A stretch of DNA of 64,000 nucleotides, taken from NCBI GenBank assembly GCA_030697165.1, contig JAUYQQ010000004.1, forward strand, positions 205,390-269,389, read 5' to 3'. Position numbers and translations under genes: made by a program. Positions 17,590-26,559 of the stretch are shown piece after piece. The notes under the pieces are model-generated. The model saw nothing but the letters and a program-made list of their open reading frames with translations. It searched no databases and was not told the DNA's origin. Origin of the DNA: Acidobacteriota bacterium (lineage in GTDB: Bacteria; Acidobacteriota; Vicinamibacteria; Vicinamibacterales; UBA2999). Position 1 is the first letter of the stretch. Each line of letters begins with the position of its first letter.

Positions 17590-17961
17590 CTAGACTCCCG
17601 TCTCGGGTTCAGGCACCGAGAAACCGGATTTCGCCAGCCAGGTGCGCGTGATGACGTCAAGGTCAGTCGCCGTCGCGATTGGTTGATTCCGACCCGCGCG
17701 ATCGATCAGCCAGCCAGCCTGCGGCGCCGACAGCGCGTTCCAGGTCTTGGCCGCCACAATCTGTGGCGGATCGTGCGCGACCAGGTGTGGCAGCGAACTG
17801 TCTGGCACTTGGCCGCAGGGATCGCCCGGCGATGCCAGCGTCTGGTTGTCCTTCGTGCTGAGGCGCACGGTGGCCACGTAGCCGGCGCCCTTGGTGAAGG
17901 TCGCCACTTGGCCGGCTGCGCGCTTCGCTCCGTTACGGATACTCATAACCACACGCTCCAC
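17590..17961 (-). CDS. hypothetical head-tail region protein
   Basis: ORF in the head-tail joining cluster. The start may instead be the internal ATG at 17946. Confidence 0.4.
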   Translation of the reverse strand: MERVVMSIRNGAKRAAGQVATFTKGAGYVATVRLSTKDNQTLASPGDPCGQVPDSSLPHLVAHDPPQIVAAKTWNALSAPQAGWLIDRAGRNQPIATATDLDVITRTWLAKSGFSVPEPETGV

Positions 17962-18181
17962 AGAGATCCTTGGCGTCTTTGCCGATCGAGCTCTTCACCT
18001 TCCCGGCCTTCTCCTTGCACTCGGGGCACTTGCCGTCGCCGGTCTGCACGTTGCGACCTGATGGCGCCTGGCTGCTGGCGCCGGCCACCGGCCGGCCACC
18101 GAGTAGCGTTCGGGCCGCGTCGATCTGGCGCTGCGCCGCCTCAAGGAGCGTCAGGGCCGCCTGGCGTTCATCGGCGGTCAT
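17933..18181 (-). CDS. small zinc-ribbon protein
   Basis: Contains CPECKEK...CGACGYEYP. Start set at ATG 18181, which overlaps the upstream stop (ATGA). Confidence 0.4.
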   Translation of the reverse strand: MTADERQAALTLLEAAQRQIDAARTLLGGRPVAGASSQAPSGRNVQTGDGKCPECKEKAGKVKSSIGKDAKDLCGACGYEYP

Positions 18182-18597
18182 GCCGCGCTCACTTCCTTCT
18201 CGACCTCGATGTCGAACACGTAGATTGGCCGGTCGTTCGCATCGCTCCGATCGAAGGCCACCGGGAAGCACTTGATGCCGTGGTAGAACGTCCCGCTGAG
18301 CGCTTGTGCCTGGACCTTGCCGAGCACCTTGTAAATCGCTTCAGCCTTCGCGCGCGCCGGCGCCGGGTCCTGCCGGGCTCCACGCACCACCACGCGAAGC
18401 CGCGGCCACTCGAACGCCAGGTCGGCGGCGCCGAACTCCTGTTCGGACGCTCGGCCCCCGATGCGTGGTACCAGGCCCACCGCCGGCTCACTCCCCGTCG
18501 CGTCAGGCAGCGGGCCGCGATACAGGTTGGTGCCGATCGTCAGGCCCAACCCCTGCGGCGCCGCGGCCAGGTGGGTGGCCAGCTCCTCGAGCGTCAC
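18178..18597 (-). CDS. tail completion / tail terminator-like protein
   Basis: A 139-aa ORF following the HK97-gp10-like gene in the canonical connector-to-tail order. No diagnostic motif recognised. Confidence 0.45.
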   Translation of the reverse strand: MTLEELATHLAAAPQGLGLTIGTNLYRGPLPDATGSEPAVGLVPRIGGRASEQEFGAADLAFEWPRLRVVVRGARQDPAPARAKAEAIYKVLGKVQAQALSGTFYHGIKCFPVAFDRSDANDRPIYVFDIEVEKEVSAA

Positions 18598-19001
18598 TGT
18601 TGCGCTCCGATCGCGTGCGCGATGTCCGCGCCGATCCGCTCAGCCATGCCATCGGCTCGGCGCAGGAGCGGCGTCTCCAAGAACTTTGCTTCGCCACCGT
18701 TCGGGTGGTTCAACGATTGGTCTTCGTGCTGCGCGACTGCATAGTCCTGGGCTGCTCCGCCATAGCCGAGGGTGACCGATACTTCACCGGGTTCGAACAT
18801 CGGCAGCTCCACATGGCCGGAGTCGCGCAGGGGCCCCATGTCAACCGGCACCAGTTCCTTCGACTCGGTCATCACGTCTTCGCCCTCGCGGTAGAGCGAT
18901 CCGCCGGCGGCGTTCAGCGCGACGGACGGAATGCCGCGCACGGCTGCGACGAACTCATCAAGCCCCGACCATTCGAGAGAGAACCCGCTCATCCGAGCCA
19001 C
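18594..19001 (-). CDS. HK97 gp10-family head-tail joining protein
   Basis: ...TESKELVPVDMGPLRDSGHVE... matches the characteristic VPVDTG.LR.S motif. Size and position also fit. Confidence 0.65.
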   Translation of the reverse strand: MARMSGFSLEWSGLDEFVAAVRGIPSVALNAAGGSLYREGEDVMTESKELVPVDMGPLRDSGHVELPMFEPGEVSVTLGYGGAAQDYAVAQHEDQSLNHPNGGEAKFLETPLLRRADGMAERIGADIAHAIGAQQ

Positions 19002-19345
19002 ACTTGGGTCAAGAACCCACCCGTGCCAGCGGAATCGGCCGGCCGGCTAACCTTCAAGATCGGCCCGGTAACGCCACCCGGCAACGTGAGCACGTCTTCC
19101 ATCGCGACAGCGACGTCGCTCAGGAACACCACCTGCGCCTGGCTCAGCGCCTCGCGGCCGTCGAGCATCTTCACGGGCTTGGTCTCGTAGGTCACGATGG
19201 CCGAGCGCGTGGTCGTCGAACCCGTGGCCGGCTTGCCGTCGCCGTCCGCGGCGCCGACCGTTCGATGCGTGACGTCGACCTGCAGGTCAGCGGTCAGCCG
19301 GTCAGCAACCGCGACGCCGCTCCGAATGATGTTGGCGAGGCCCAT
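18989..19345 (-). CDS. head closure / head-tail adaptor protein
   Basis: A 118-aa ORF between the gp6-like and gp10-like genes. Confidence 0.5.
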   Translation of the reverse strand: MGLANIIRSGVAVADRLTADLQVDVTHRTVGAADGDGKPATGSTTTRSAIVTYETKPVKMLDGREALSQAQVVFLSDVAVAMEDVLTLPGGVTGPILKVSRPADSAGTGGFLTQVWLG

Positions 19346-19861
19346 CTACACCCGCTCCAAGGGAATCGTGTTGCTGCGGCTAAGCAGCGAGCCCCACAGC
19401 TTGACCATCGACCAGGCCGCGTCCGGGAGCACCTTCGCGGTGACGCCAGGACGGAAGGCCAGCGAGATGGGCCCGGCCGTCAGGCTGCTGATGCCCTGCG
19501 TCTCGATGTCGCTGTCGGCGGTGCGATCGCCGGCGATGAGCTGTCGCGCCAGTTCCGCCGTCGCGTTCTTCAGTGCCTGGGGAATGGTGGTGCTGCCGAT
19601 CGTGTTCTCGTTGCGATCGAGCATCCCCAGCCGGGGCCAGCACAGCGCCTGAACGCTGTCGGCCGCGGCGCCGTCCCATTCGATGTGCTCGTCGAGGAGC
19701 CGTGTCGCCGTCGCCAACGCCCGGTTGCGCGCATCGTCCGTCGCCGCACCGGTCCATGCCGAGGCATAGGGGTGCGACTCGTGATACGTGTTCGCCTCCG
19801 CGAGCGTGCAGTAGCTGTTCGCGTTGGCGGCGCCGGGCGTGGCGACGAGGACCAGAGCCAT
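19346..19861 (-). CDS. gp6-like head-tail connector protein
   Basis: N-terminus ...ANSYCTLAEANTYHESH... matches the typical S.....EA..Y pattern. It lies in the expected position downstream of the capsid gene. Confidence 0.6.
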   Translation of the reverse strand: MALVLVATPGAANANSYCTLAEANTYHESHPYASAWTGAATDDARNRALATATRLLDEHIEWDGAAADSVQALCWPRLGMLDRNENTIGSTTIPQALKNATAELARQLIAGDRTADSDIETQGISSLTAGPISLAFRPGVTAKVLPDAAWSMVKLWGSLLSRSNTIPLERV

Positions 19862-19867
19862 CGGGGT

Positions 19868-20389
19868 CTAGGTGCCGATGCAGACGTAGTCGACCAGGTC
19901 GTCAGCGTCAGTCGAGGCGACGAGCGTCGGGTCGGTGCCGGAGGTGTTCTTCCACGCATAGACATCGAGCCGGCCCGCCGAGGCTGCGGTGATGGTCGTG
20001 AAGAAGCTCGGGTCATCCCCGGGCGTGTCGCTTCGTTTGTCCACGATCGCGCACCCGGTAATCGCGGCGAGCCCAGTCGTCGCCGAACTGGGGTTCGTGC
20101 CGTCCAGCGTGATGGTGCCGACGGCCACCTTCAGGCCCTGCGCGGTGCCCAGCGCGCCGTACGTGATCCAGGCCGAGCCGTTGTAGATGTAGACCTGGCC
20201 GGTGTCGGTGCGGGTGTAGAGACTGCCCGTGCTCGGCGCCGGCACCTGCGTGGCCGACGGCGCGGTGGTGCCGGTCGTCCAGACCAGCTGACCGATGATC
20301 TGACGCTCCACCGTGGAGCTCGACACCGTGAACGACACGACGATCGCGAGCACGATGGCTGCGACAACTGCGAATGAGGATCGACGCAT
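19868..20389 (-). CDS. signal-anchored / secreted protein of unknown function within the head module
   Basis: N-terminus MRRSSFAVVAAIVLAIVVSFTV, then a Thr/Gly/Ser-rich beta-like domain. Confidence 0.5.
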   Translation of the reverse strand: MRRSSFAVVAAIVLAIVVSFTVSSSTVERQIIGQLVWTTGTTAPSATQVPAPSTGSLYTRTDTGQVYIYNGSAWITYGALGTAQGLKVAVGTITLDGTNPSSATTGLAAITGCAIVDKRSDTPGDDPSFFTTITAASAGRLDVYAWKNTSGTDPTLVASTDADDLVDYVCIGT

Positions 20390-20443
20390 AGCCCTTACCT
20401 TCCTGAGAATCGTGGTGGACGAGTAACCGGTGAACGGTGGCTG

Positions 20444-20650
20444 CTAGGCCTTCGGCGTCTTCGGGGCCTTGGGTTCCTTCGGCGTCTTCGGGGCCTTGGG
20501 TTCCGAGGCTTCGCCAGTCGGCGCGTCGGCTGCGTCGAAGAGCTCGTGTTCGCCCTCGACGAAGTCGCGTCGTGCGAGCACGAGCGAGCCGCCAGGGTTC
20601 TTGGCGTCCTTGATGCGGACGAACTGGTCGGGATTGCGAATCGGGTCCAT
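20444..20650 (-). CDS. small hypothetical protein with Pro/Lys repeat tail
   Basis: The C-terminus EPKAPKTPKEPKAPKTPKA is encoded by an exact 27-bp tandem duplication (20449-20502). Confidence 0.4.
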   Translation of the reverse strand: MDPIRNPDQFVRIKDAKNPGGSLVLARRDFVEGEHELFDAADAPTGEASEPKAPKTPKEPKAPKTPKA

Positions 20651-20742
20651 ACAGGTCTCCTCGTGGCGGCTGGGACGCGCCGGCCCTCGTTCGTGAGGAG
20701 CCGGCGCGCGTCAGCGGAAACGGTCGGTTGGGGATGCGCGAA

Positions 20743-21927
20743 CTAGTCGCGCATGCGCACAGCTTTGTTCCCGTCGAGGACCTTGACGCCGAAGAGGGCG
20801 TCCAGGGCGACGTAGAACTTGCTGTTGTTCGGGTCGGACCAGGTGCGGGCGCGCACCGAGATGCGCGACTTCGGATCCACGGGCATCGCGAAGACCTTCA
20901 CGCCATTCCCGTCGAAGAAATCCGGCAGCTTGGCCATCGCCAAGGCCGCGAAGCCCTCGTGGAACATGATGCTGTTGGTCTTCGTGGCGCCCGAGCCGCC
21001 GTTGAGCACGATGGTGACCACCTGCGTGTCGACCACCGCGGACTCAAGGCCGCCGCCCTGGACGTTCGGGCTGCCGTAGATCGACAGCGTGCCGGCACCG
21101 CCGGAGAGCAGCACATCGGCGGTCAGCACGTACTGCTGCGTGTGGCCGGTGATGAGGACCATGTCGCCCGCACGGAACTGCGCGGCGGTGGTCATGCCGG
21201 TGACCGCGATCGACTTGATGCCGGCCGCGTAGCCAGCACCGTTGTTGATCGCACCCGCCAGGTCGGCGACGGTCGCCGAGGTCAGCGCCGGCGCGTTCTG
21301 GTTGGCGAAGAAGTTGAAGCCGAACTTCTTGCCCAGGTAGCCGCTCATCTGCGCCGCGGCCCCGGCGTCGCCGGCACCCTGGTGCTGCGTGAACGCCGAG
21401 AGGTTCAGCAACTCGGATTCGATCTGGCCCGAGACCATGCAGTGCAGCTTGGACTCGTCCTTCAGGTTCACCTTGTTGTCGAACATGATCTTGCGCGCGG
21501 CGGTGATGTCCGCCACGGCCGCCGGCGCCGTGAAGTCGGTGTACCACGGGATGCCGGTCACCAGGCCCGCGAGGATCTGGTCGATCTTGTCGGCCAGCGC
21601 ATAGCTGGCGGGCACGATGTGATCCGCGATGATCTGCTGGCTGGTGTAGGAGAGTTCCTTGTCGGTGAGCGCGAACTTGACTTCCTTGTGGTAGTCGAGG
21701 CTCATCGTGATCGAGGACGCCGTGACGTCCTGCGCGGCCGACGGCGCATCCTGCGCGGTGAACGTGCCGGGCACCTTGACGGTGATGACCGAGCCCTTCT
21801 CGCGCGAGGTCTTCTCGTCGTCGTACCCGCGATAGACGCGACCGGCCATGCCGAGCGCCTTCTCGAGCGCAATCTGAGCTTCGTTGGCGTAAAAGATGGG
21901 ATCGTACGCGGACAGGGTGTTACCCAT
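20743..21927 (-). CDS. major capsid protein
   Basis: A 394-aa ORF directly after the scaffold gene. Composition and length are typical of HK97-fold coat proteins, with a strong RBS (GGAGAATCC ATG). Confidence 0.8.
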   Translation of the reverse strand: MGNTLSAYDPIFYANEAQIALEKALGMAGRVYRGYDDEKTSREKGSVITVKVPGTFTAQDAPSAAQDVTASSITMSLDYHKEVKFALTDKELSYTSQQIIADHIVPASYALADKIDQILAGLVTGIPWYTDFTAPAAVADITAARKIMFDNKVNLKDESKLHCMVSGQIESELLNLSAFTQHQGAGDAGAAAQMSGYLGKKFGFNFFANQNAPALTSATVADLAGAINNGAGYAAGIKSIAVTGMTTAAQFRAGDMVLITGHTQQYVLTADVLLSGGAGTLSIYGSPNVQGGGLESAVVDTQVVTIVLNGGSGATKTNSIMFHEGFAALAMAKLPDFFDGNGVKVFAMPVDPKSRISVRARTWSDPNNSKFYVALDALFGVKVLDGNKAVRMRD

Positions 21928-22052
21928 GGATTCTCCTTCAGTGGAAACGAAATAGCGCTGTGACCGAAGTCACGCGACCATCCCGGTCGACTGAAAGGCA
22001 TCCCGCCCTGCAGCTGCGTGCGTGGGTCTAATTGTCTGCCGACCGCCGGGAA

Positions 22053-22829
22053 TTACCCGACGATCTGCAGGTCTTGCCCGGCCCTCGCGGCCTCATCCTT
22101 CATCTGGCGATACTTGCCAGAGTCGCGAGCTTCCTCGCGGGTGATGGTGAAGGCCTTGCCTCCGCCGCCCGCGCTTTGCTGGCTGCCCCCACCGCCGGAC
22201 CCTTCGAACAGGTGTGGCGCGTTGGCGACCAGGTCGGCGGCCCATTCCTCCATAGGCATGGGCTCGTTCGCCTTCTTCTTGCTGTAGGCGATTTCCTCGC
22301 CGTTCATCGGGACGGCCTTGCCGTCCTTCAACTTGTAGAGCCGCTGGCCGCGGGCGATGAAGTCATCGACGGCGGTGTCGCGGACCTTGACCTTGGTGGC
22401 GACCTGGCGCAGCTGGTTATCAATCAGCAGCTCGCTCAGCCGCGCATCGCGGCCGCCCAGTTCGCCCTTCAGTCGTTCGATCTCGGCGTTCTTGTCGGCT
22501 TCGAGCGCGGCGACCCGCTTGGTCACCAGCTTCTCGACTTCGCCCGCCTCGATCAGTTCCTTGTCCTCGAGCTCCTGCAGCCGCTTGATGGCGGCCTTGG
22601 CCTTGACGGGGTCGGTCCCGGCGAGGTCAGTGCGCAGTTGCTGGAGTTCCTTCGCGAGCTTCTTGCCGTTCTCGCGTTCCTTGTCGAGCGCGCCCTTCAA
22701 GCCGGTGACATCGTCGTCGCCGTCCAGGTCGAGGATGAACTTCCCGTCCTTCTCGACGTAGAGCCCGCGCGTGGCCTCTGGCAACGCATCGAGCTCGGCC
22801 TTGCTCGCTAGAACTTTCTTAAGTGGCAT
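22053..22829 (-). CDS. capsid scaffolding protein
   Basis: 258 aa, highly charged, with coiled-coil-like heptads (KELQQLRTDL..., RLQELEDKELIEAGEVEKLV...). It lies immediately upstream of the capsid gene. Confidence 0.7.
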   Translation of the reverse strand: MPLKKVLASKAELDALPEATRGLYVEKDGKFILDLDGDDDVTGLKGALDKERENGKKLAKELQQLRTDLAGTDPVKAKAAIKRLQELEDKELIEAGEVEKLVTKRVAALEADKNAEIERLKGELGGRDARLSELLIDNQLRQVATKVKVRDTAVDDFIARGQRLYKLKDGKAVPMNGEEIAYSKKKANEPMPMEEWAADLVANAPHLFEGSGGGGSQQSAGGGGKAFTITREEARDSGKYRQMKDEAARAGQDLQIVG

Positions 22830-22921
22830 CTCGCCTCCCGGGGTAGAGCGCGCAGCATCACGCCGCCGCGATCGAGCCCGTCAAATTGTGTGAACGGTGA
22901 CAGCCTGCCAGAGTTTCGAGG

Positions 22922-23224
22922 CTACGGCTCAGATTGGCCTAGTTCGTTAGCGCAGATGCGGATCTCGACACGCCCGCCCATAGCCACCACGGCATCCACG
23001 ATGGTCGACAGGCGAAGATCGCGGCGGGCCGCCAACAGGGTGGTCATCGTCATCGGCGCGAGCCCTGAGCGCCTCGCAGAGCTGCGGATGCTGACGCCCT
23101 CGTGCTCGAGCAAGGCGTCGACCTGGTGCGACACGGCGAGCAGCAGCTGCTCGAGCGCTTCGCGTTGGCGGAGCACCGTCGCGGGCGTTACTCGTTCGCG
23201 GTCTCGGATCGGTTCGCGAGCCAT
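22922..23224 (-). CDS. XRE-like helix-turn-helix protein
   Basis: ...VSIRSSARRSGLAPMTMTTLLAARRDLRLSTIVDAVVAMGGRVEIRI resembles XRE/antitoxin-type HTH. Start set at the internal ATG (MAREPIRD). Confidence 0.4.
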   Translation of the reverse strand: MAREPIRDRERVTPATVLRQREALEQLLLAVSHQVDALLEHEGVSIRSSARRSGLAPMTMTTLLAARRDLRLSTIVDAVVAMGGRVEIRICANELGQSEP

Positions 23225-23367
23225 CGGCGTGGACGGTCCCGGTCCTTCTGGGCGCGGGTGCATTGAAAACACAGGTCGTGGTCTCGGTCGGCCTTGACGC
23301 GACCGCCCTTCACGCGAAACTTCGCGGGGCGTTTCCGGCAGCCGCGACACAGACCGGGCGCCATACA

Positions 23368-23820
23368 TCACTGGGCGCGCAATGCCGATTGCATGAAGCA
23401 CCGCACCTCGCGGCCTTCGCTCATCGGCATCTGCGCCAGGTAGAGTCCCCAGACCGGCGTCTGCCCGACCAGCGCGCCGGCAGGCCAGAAGTCACCCGTG
23501 CGCGCTTGCTTCCCGAACATCGTGCGGTCCATGCGCAGTCGCGATCGATAGCTGGCGATCAAGAAGCCGCAATCCTCGCAGTGCTGGCGGTCGTGCACCG
23601 CGGCCGCGGCCTTGTGAACGATGCACACGCCCTCGTCGGCCACGCCAGCATCGGTGGGCCTGGCCAGAAGCAACCGCTGAAACTGCAGGAGGTTCAGGTT
23701 CAGCGTGAACACCGAGCGCCGACTGGGGCACAGATACTGGATGCGTCCGGTCGGGTCCACCGGCAACCGGTGCTTCGCGCCGCAGCGGCAGGGCACGTTG
23801 ACGAAGTGTGCGGTGATCAT
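23368..23820 (-). CDS. hypothetical Cys-rich protein
   Basis: 150-aa ORF with CRCG...C...C and HCEDCG motifs. Confidence 0.4.
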   Translation of the reverse strand: MITAHFVNVPCRCGAKHRLPVDPTGRIQYLCPSRRSVFTLNLNLLQFQRLLLARPTDAGVADEGVCIVHKAAAAVHDRQHCEDCGFLIASYRSRLRMDRTMFGKQARTGDFWPAGALVGQTPVWGLYLAQMPMSEGREVRCFMQSALRAQ

Positions 23821-24050
23821 CAGTGCCGCTCCGGTTCGATCCAGACCACCGGCCGATCGGTCAGGACGAGCACGCGGCCGCCTGCGGCGAACTGGAGCAC
23901 GACCTCGTCGACGCCGTCCTGCGAACTCGGCGACCGGGTCACGCCGACCACTTGGTCAAAGAACTGTGGACGTGCGCGCCCAACGCCGGCGGCGATCTTG
24001 AAGACGTGCAGGTCGCGGTCGGCCGGCTGCATCACTTTCTCGGCGTCCAC
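23820..24050 (-). CDS. hypothetical protein
   Basis: A 76-aa ORF whose stop and start abut the neighbouring genes. Confidence 0.35.
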   Translation of the reverse strand: MDAEKVMQPADRDLHVFKIAAGVGRARPQFFDQVVGVTRSPSSQDGVDEVVLQFAAGGRVLVLTDRPVVWIEPERH

Positions 24051-24283
24051 AGTTCGGGCCGCATGCGCACACCAGGCGCGCTCAGCTCCTCGCGACCCTT
24101 GACGTTCAGCGCGTCACGAAACAGCGCCCGCAGCTCCGGCGATGACTTCAGGATCTGCGCGAAGACCACGAGCTGCTCGCCCGCGTTCAGGTTGCGCCAC
24201 TTGTCGGTCACCTCCTGTTTTCGCTTGGCGTCTTCAGCCGCGGCGCGGCGCCGTTCGAGTGCCGTTCGGATTCGCTCAAACAT
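24032..24283 (-). CDS. hypothetical protein
   Basis: An 83-aa charged helical ORF just downstream of the MuF-like gene. Confidence 0.4.
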   Translation of the reverse strand: MFERIRTALERRRAAAEDAKRKQEVTDKWRNLNAGEQLVVFAQILKSSPELRALFRDALNVKGREELSAPGVRMRPELWTPRK

Positions 24284-24295
24284 CCATTCCTCCAG

Positions 24296-25162
24296 TTACG
24301 CAGCCGCGGCACTTCGAGCCGGGCGGGGTATCACAAGCGTGGTGGTGCACCGACAATTGGGGTGCAGCGGCGGGCCGCTAAATGTGCCGACGGGTGTCGA
24401 GAACAGCCCGTCGAGCGTCGTTTCCTCGCCGTCGAGCGGTTCGCACACGGGGCAGAGCCGGTCATCCTCTGTCACCACCCAGCGCTTGCTGGCGCCGTCG
24501 GGGAGATAGCCGGCCTCGCGCGCTTCCTGCCAGGTGGTCTGCCGCCCGAGGTTGCCGGCGCGAATGGTTTCGGTCCGCGCAATCGTGAGCGCCCGCTGGC
24601 GAAGGAGCTTCGCGGCGTAGCGGTCCGCGGCCTTGGCGACCTGGTCGGCCGACGCGCCGGCATCGATGAGCGATGACCGGTAGTTCACGACCGCCATGCC
24701 TTGTCTGGACGTCAGGCCGACCACCGAACGAATCAGATGCGCGGCTTCGCGCGGCGCCATCCCGTTCGAGATGGCGCTCGAGATAACCGACCTGATCGCC
24801 TGCTGCGTCTGGTCGGTGACCTCGCGCACCAGGGTGGCGGTGTATCGGGCAGCCGCGTCCACCGCGCGCGGATTCACGACGTCGAACCGGGCCTGCACCC
24901 TGAACCGTTGCTGAAGTTCCTGCTCCGCCTGCTCACCCGCCTGCGCGAATACCTGGTTGATGATGGCCACGGCGCCGCGCAAGTCTTCGGGCCATGCCGC
25001 CAGCGCCTCGTCCAGGCGCACCGACACCCCGCCGCGAGCCACCGCATCCGCCAGGGCGTCGAGCGAAATGCGCCGCTCTCGCAGGACCTTGACGGCCGCG
25101 AGAAACTGCGCCCGCACTTGCGGGGCCAGTCGATCGGCGATGACGTGGACCGGGTCCTTCAT
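24296..25162 (-). CDS. head morphogenesis protein (Mu F / SPP1 gp7 family)
   Basis: ...ARTETIRAGNLGRQTTWQEA...RWVVTEDDRLCPVCEPLDGEE...GPPLHPNCRCTT is the characteristic C-terminal motif of this family. Confidence 0.85.
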   Translation of the reverse strand: MKDPVHVIADRLAPQVRAQFLAAVKVLRERRISLDALADAVARGGVSVRLDEALAAWPEDLRGAVAIINQVFAQAGEQAEQELQQRFRVQARFDVVNPRAVDAAARYTATLVREVTDQTQQAIRSVISSAISNGMAPREAAHLIRSVVGLTSRQGMAVVNYRSSLIDAGASADQVAKAADRYAAKLLRQRALTIARTETIRAGNLGRQTTWQEAREAGYLPDGASKRWVVTEDDRLCPVCEPLDGEETTLDGLFSTPVGTFSGPPLHPNCRCTTTLVIPRPARSAAAA

Positions 25163-26559
25163 ACGACGGCCGGTTCAGGAAGCGTCGGCGGGCCGGTAGC
25201 GTCGTCGCCGATCGCGATGTCCTCGAGCTCCTGCTTGGAACTGATGCCCGGGCGAGACCAACCGCCTTCGGTCAGCCGGTCGTAGAACGTCTCGTAGCTG
25301 ATGGCGTTGGACTGCCAAGCCAGCATGAGCGTCTTCACTTCTTCCGCGGTCAAGCGCAGCCCGAAGAAGTCGGTGTTCAACTCGCAGGAGACGTCGCCTT
25401 CCTTGACGTCCTGGCCGGCCCACCAGGCGTGCCAGCGCAGGCACTCGGTCAGGCCCATCGAACAGACCATGGCGATCGACTTGAGCGTGGCACTGTCGCC
25501 GGCGTGGCGCAGCTTCACGGTCTCGGCCGCCTCGACGCCGGGCTTCTGGCCTTCGAGCATCCGGGCCCCGAGGATGGCCATCTGCGTGGCCTTCTCCTCG
25601 AGCGCCTCGCGCAGCTCCTTCAGGCCCTGGCCGGTGAACTCGAGGTAACCCGCCTTCGCGTTCGGGTCGCTGAACTTCCACGCGACTGAAGATCCGATCT
25701 GCAGCTTGTCGTCGCCCGTCACGCCAGCGACCCACGGCTGGGGCAAGCCAGTGAAGTGCCGCCCGTGTTCGAGGTCGGCCGACGTGCGGTAGTGCGACAG
25801 GTTGACGTCCGCCAGGTCGAGCAGCGGCGGCTTCACGACATCGGGCTCCAAACCGGTCGGCGAGAAGAACACGAACGGGATGGCAGTCAGCTTCTCGCCG
25901 CGGCGGGTCAGGACAATCGGCAGGTCGTGCTTGACCAGCGTGCCCTTGTGCTCGCCCGTCCCGTTGCGATAGAGCTGCACTACGACCATGCCGTCTGCGA
26001 CGCGCAGCTCGCGATACTGGTCGACGTAGGAAACGGCGAAGGCGTCGGCCGCGTCTTCGATGCGTTCCTTCAGTACCAGTAGCGACAGCCGGCGCTGCCC
26101 GTCGATGACGGTCGTGCGCCAGTTGACGATCTGGTCCTCGGCGTAGAGCACCCAGTACGGGGCGGCATTGGCCGGCGCATTGACGGGCTGGTCCAGGAGC
26201 ACGCCGCGGCGGCCGACCGTCAGCACATCCTCGAGCACGCGCATGGCCAGCGCTTCGAACGGCACGCCCGAACGGGTGACATCAAGGAGCGAGGCCTGCA
26301 GCGCCTCCGGCACCGTAACGGATGGTGATTTACGGAACACGGACCCGACCAGCCCCTGCACCGTGCGCGCGAAGCCGTTGTAGAACACGGCCCGCGTCTT
26401 GTACGCCGCATAGGCGGCTGGCTTCTGACCGGCCAGCTTCGGCAGGTAGGTCTCACCAGCCCCCTTGACGGCATCGGTGCCCTCGAACAGGTCCCGGCAG
26501 CGCTGCCAGCGCTCGCGGCTCGCCGAGTACTGCGGATGTGTTGTATCGACTCCAGCCAT
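25159..26559 (-). CDS. portal protein
   Basis: A 466-aa ORF between TerL and MuF. Its N-terminus (...YSASRERWQRCRDLFEGTDAVKGAGETYLPKL...) resembles portal families annotated as DUF4055-type. Confidence 0.75.
   Translation of the reverse strand: MAGVDTTHPQYSASRERWQRCRDLFEGTDAVKGAGETYLPKLAGQKPAAYAAYKTRAVFYNGFARTVQGLVGSVFRKSPSVTVPEALQASLLDVTRSGVPFEALAMRVLEDVLTVGRRGVLLDQPVNAPANAAPYWVLYAEDQIVNWRTTVIDGQRRLSLLVLKERIEDAADAFAVSYVDQYRELRVADGMVVVQLYRNGTGEHKGTLVKHDLPIVLTRRGEKLTAIPFVFFSPTGLEPDVVKPPLLDLADVNLSHYRTSADLEHGRHFTGLPQPWVAGVTGDDKLQIGSSVAWKFSDPNAKAGYLEFTGQGLKELREALEEKATQMAILGARMLEGQKPGVEAAETVKLRHAGDSATLKSIAMVCSMGLTECLRWHAWWAGQDVKEGDVSCELNTDFFGLRLTAEEVKTLMLAWQSNAISYETFYDRLTEGGWSRPGISSKQELEDIAIGDDATGPPTLPEPAVV

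Noticed and set aside
20449-20502. Exact 27-bp tandem duplication
   Set aside because: It is in frame within a small ORF (EPKAPKTPK x2) and is most simply a coding duplication. It is noted under the 19868-20650 finding rather than as a regulatory repeat.
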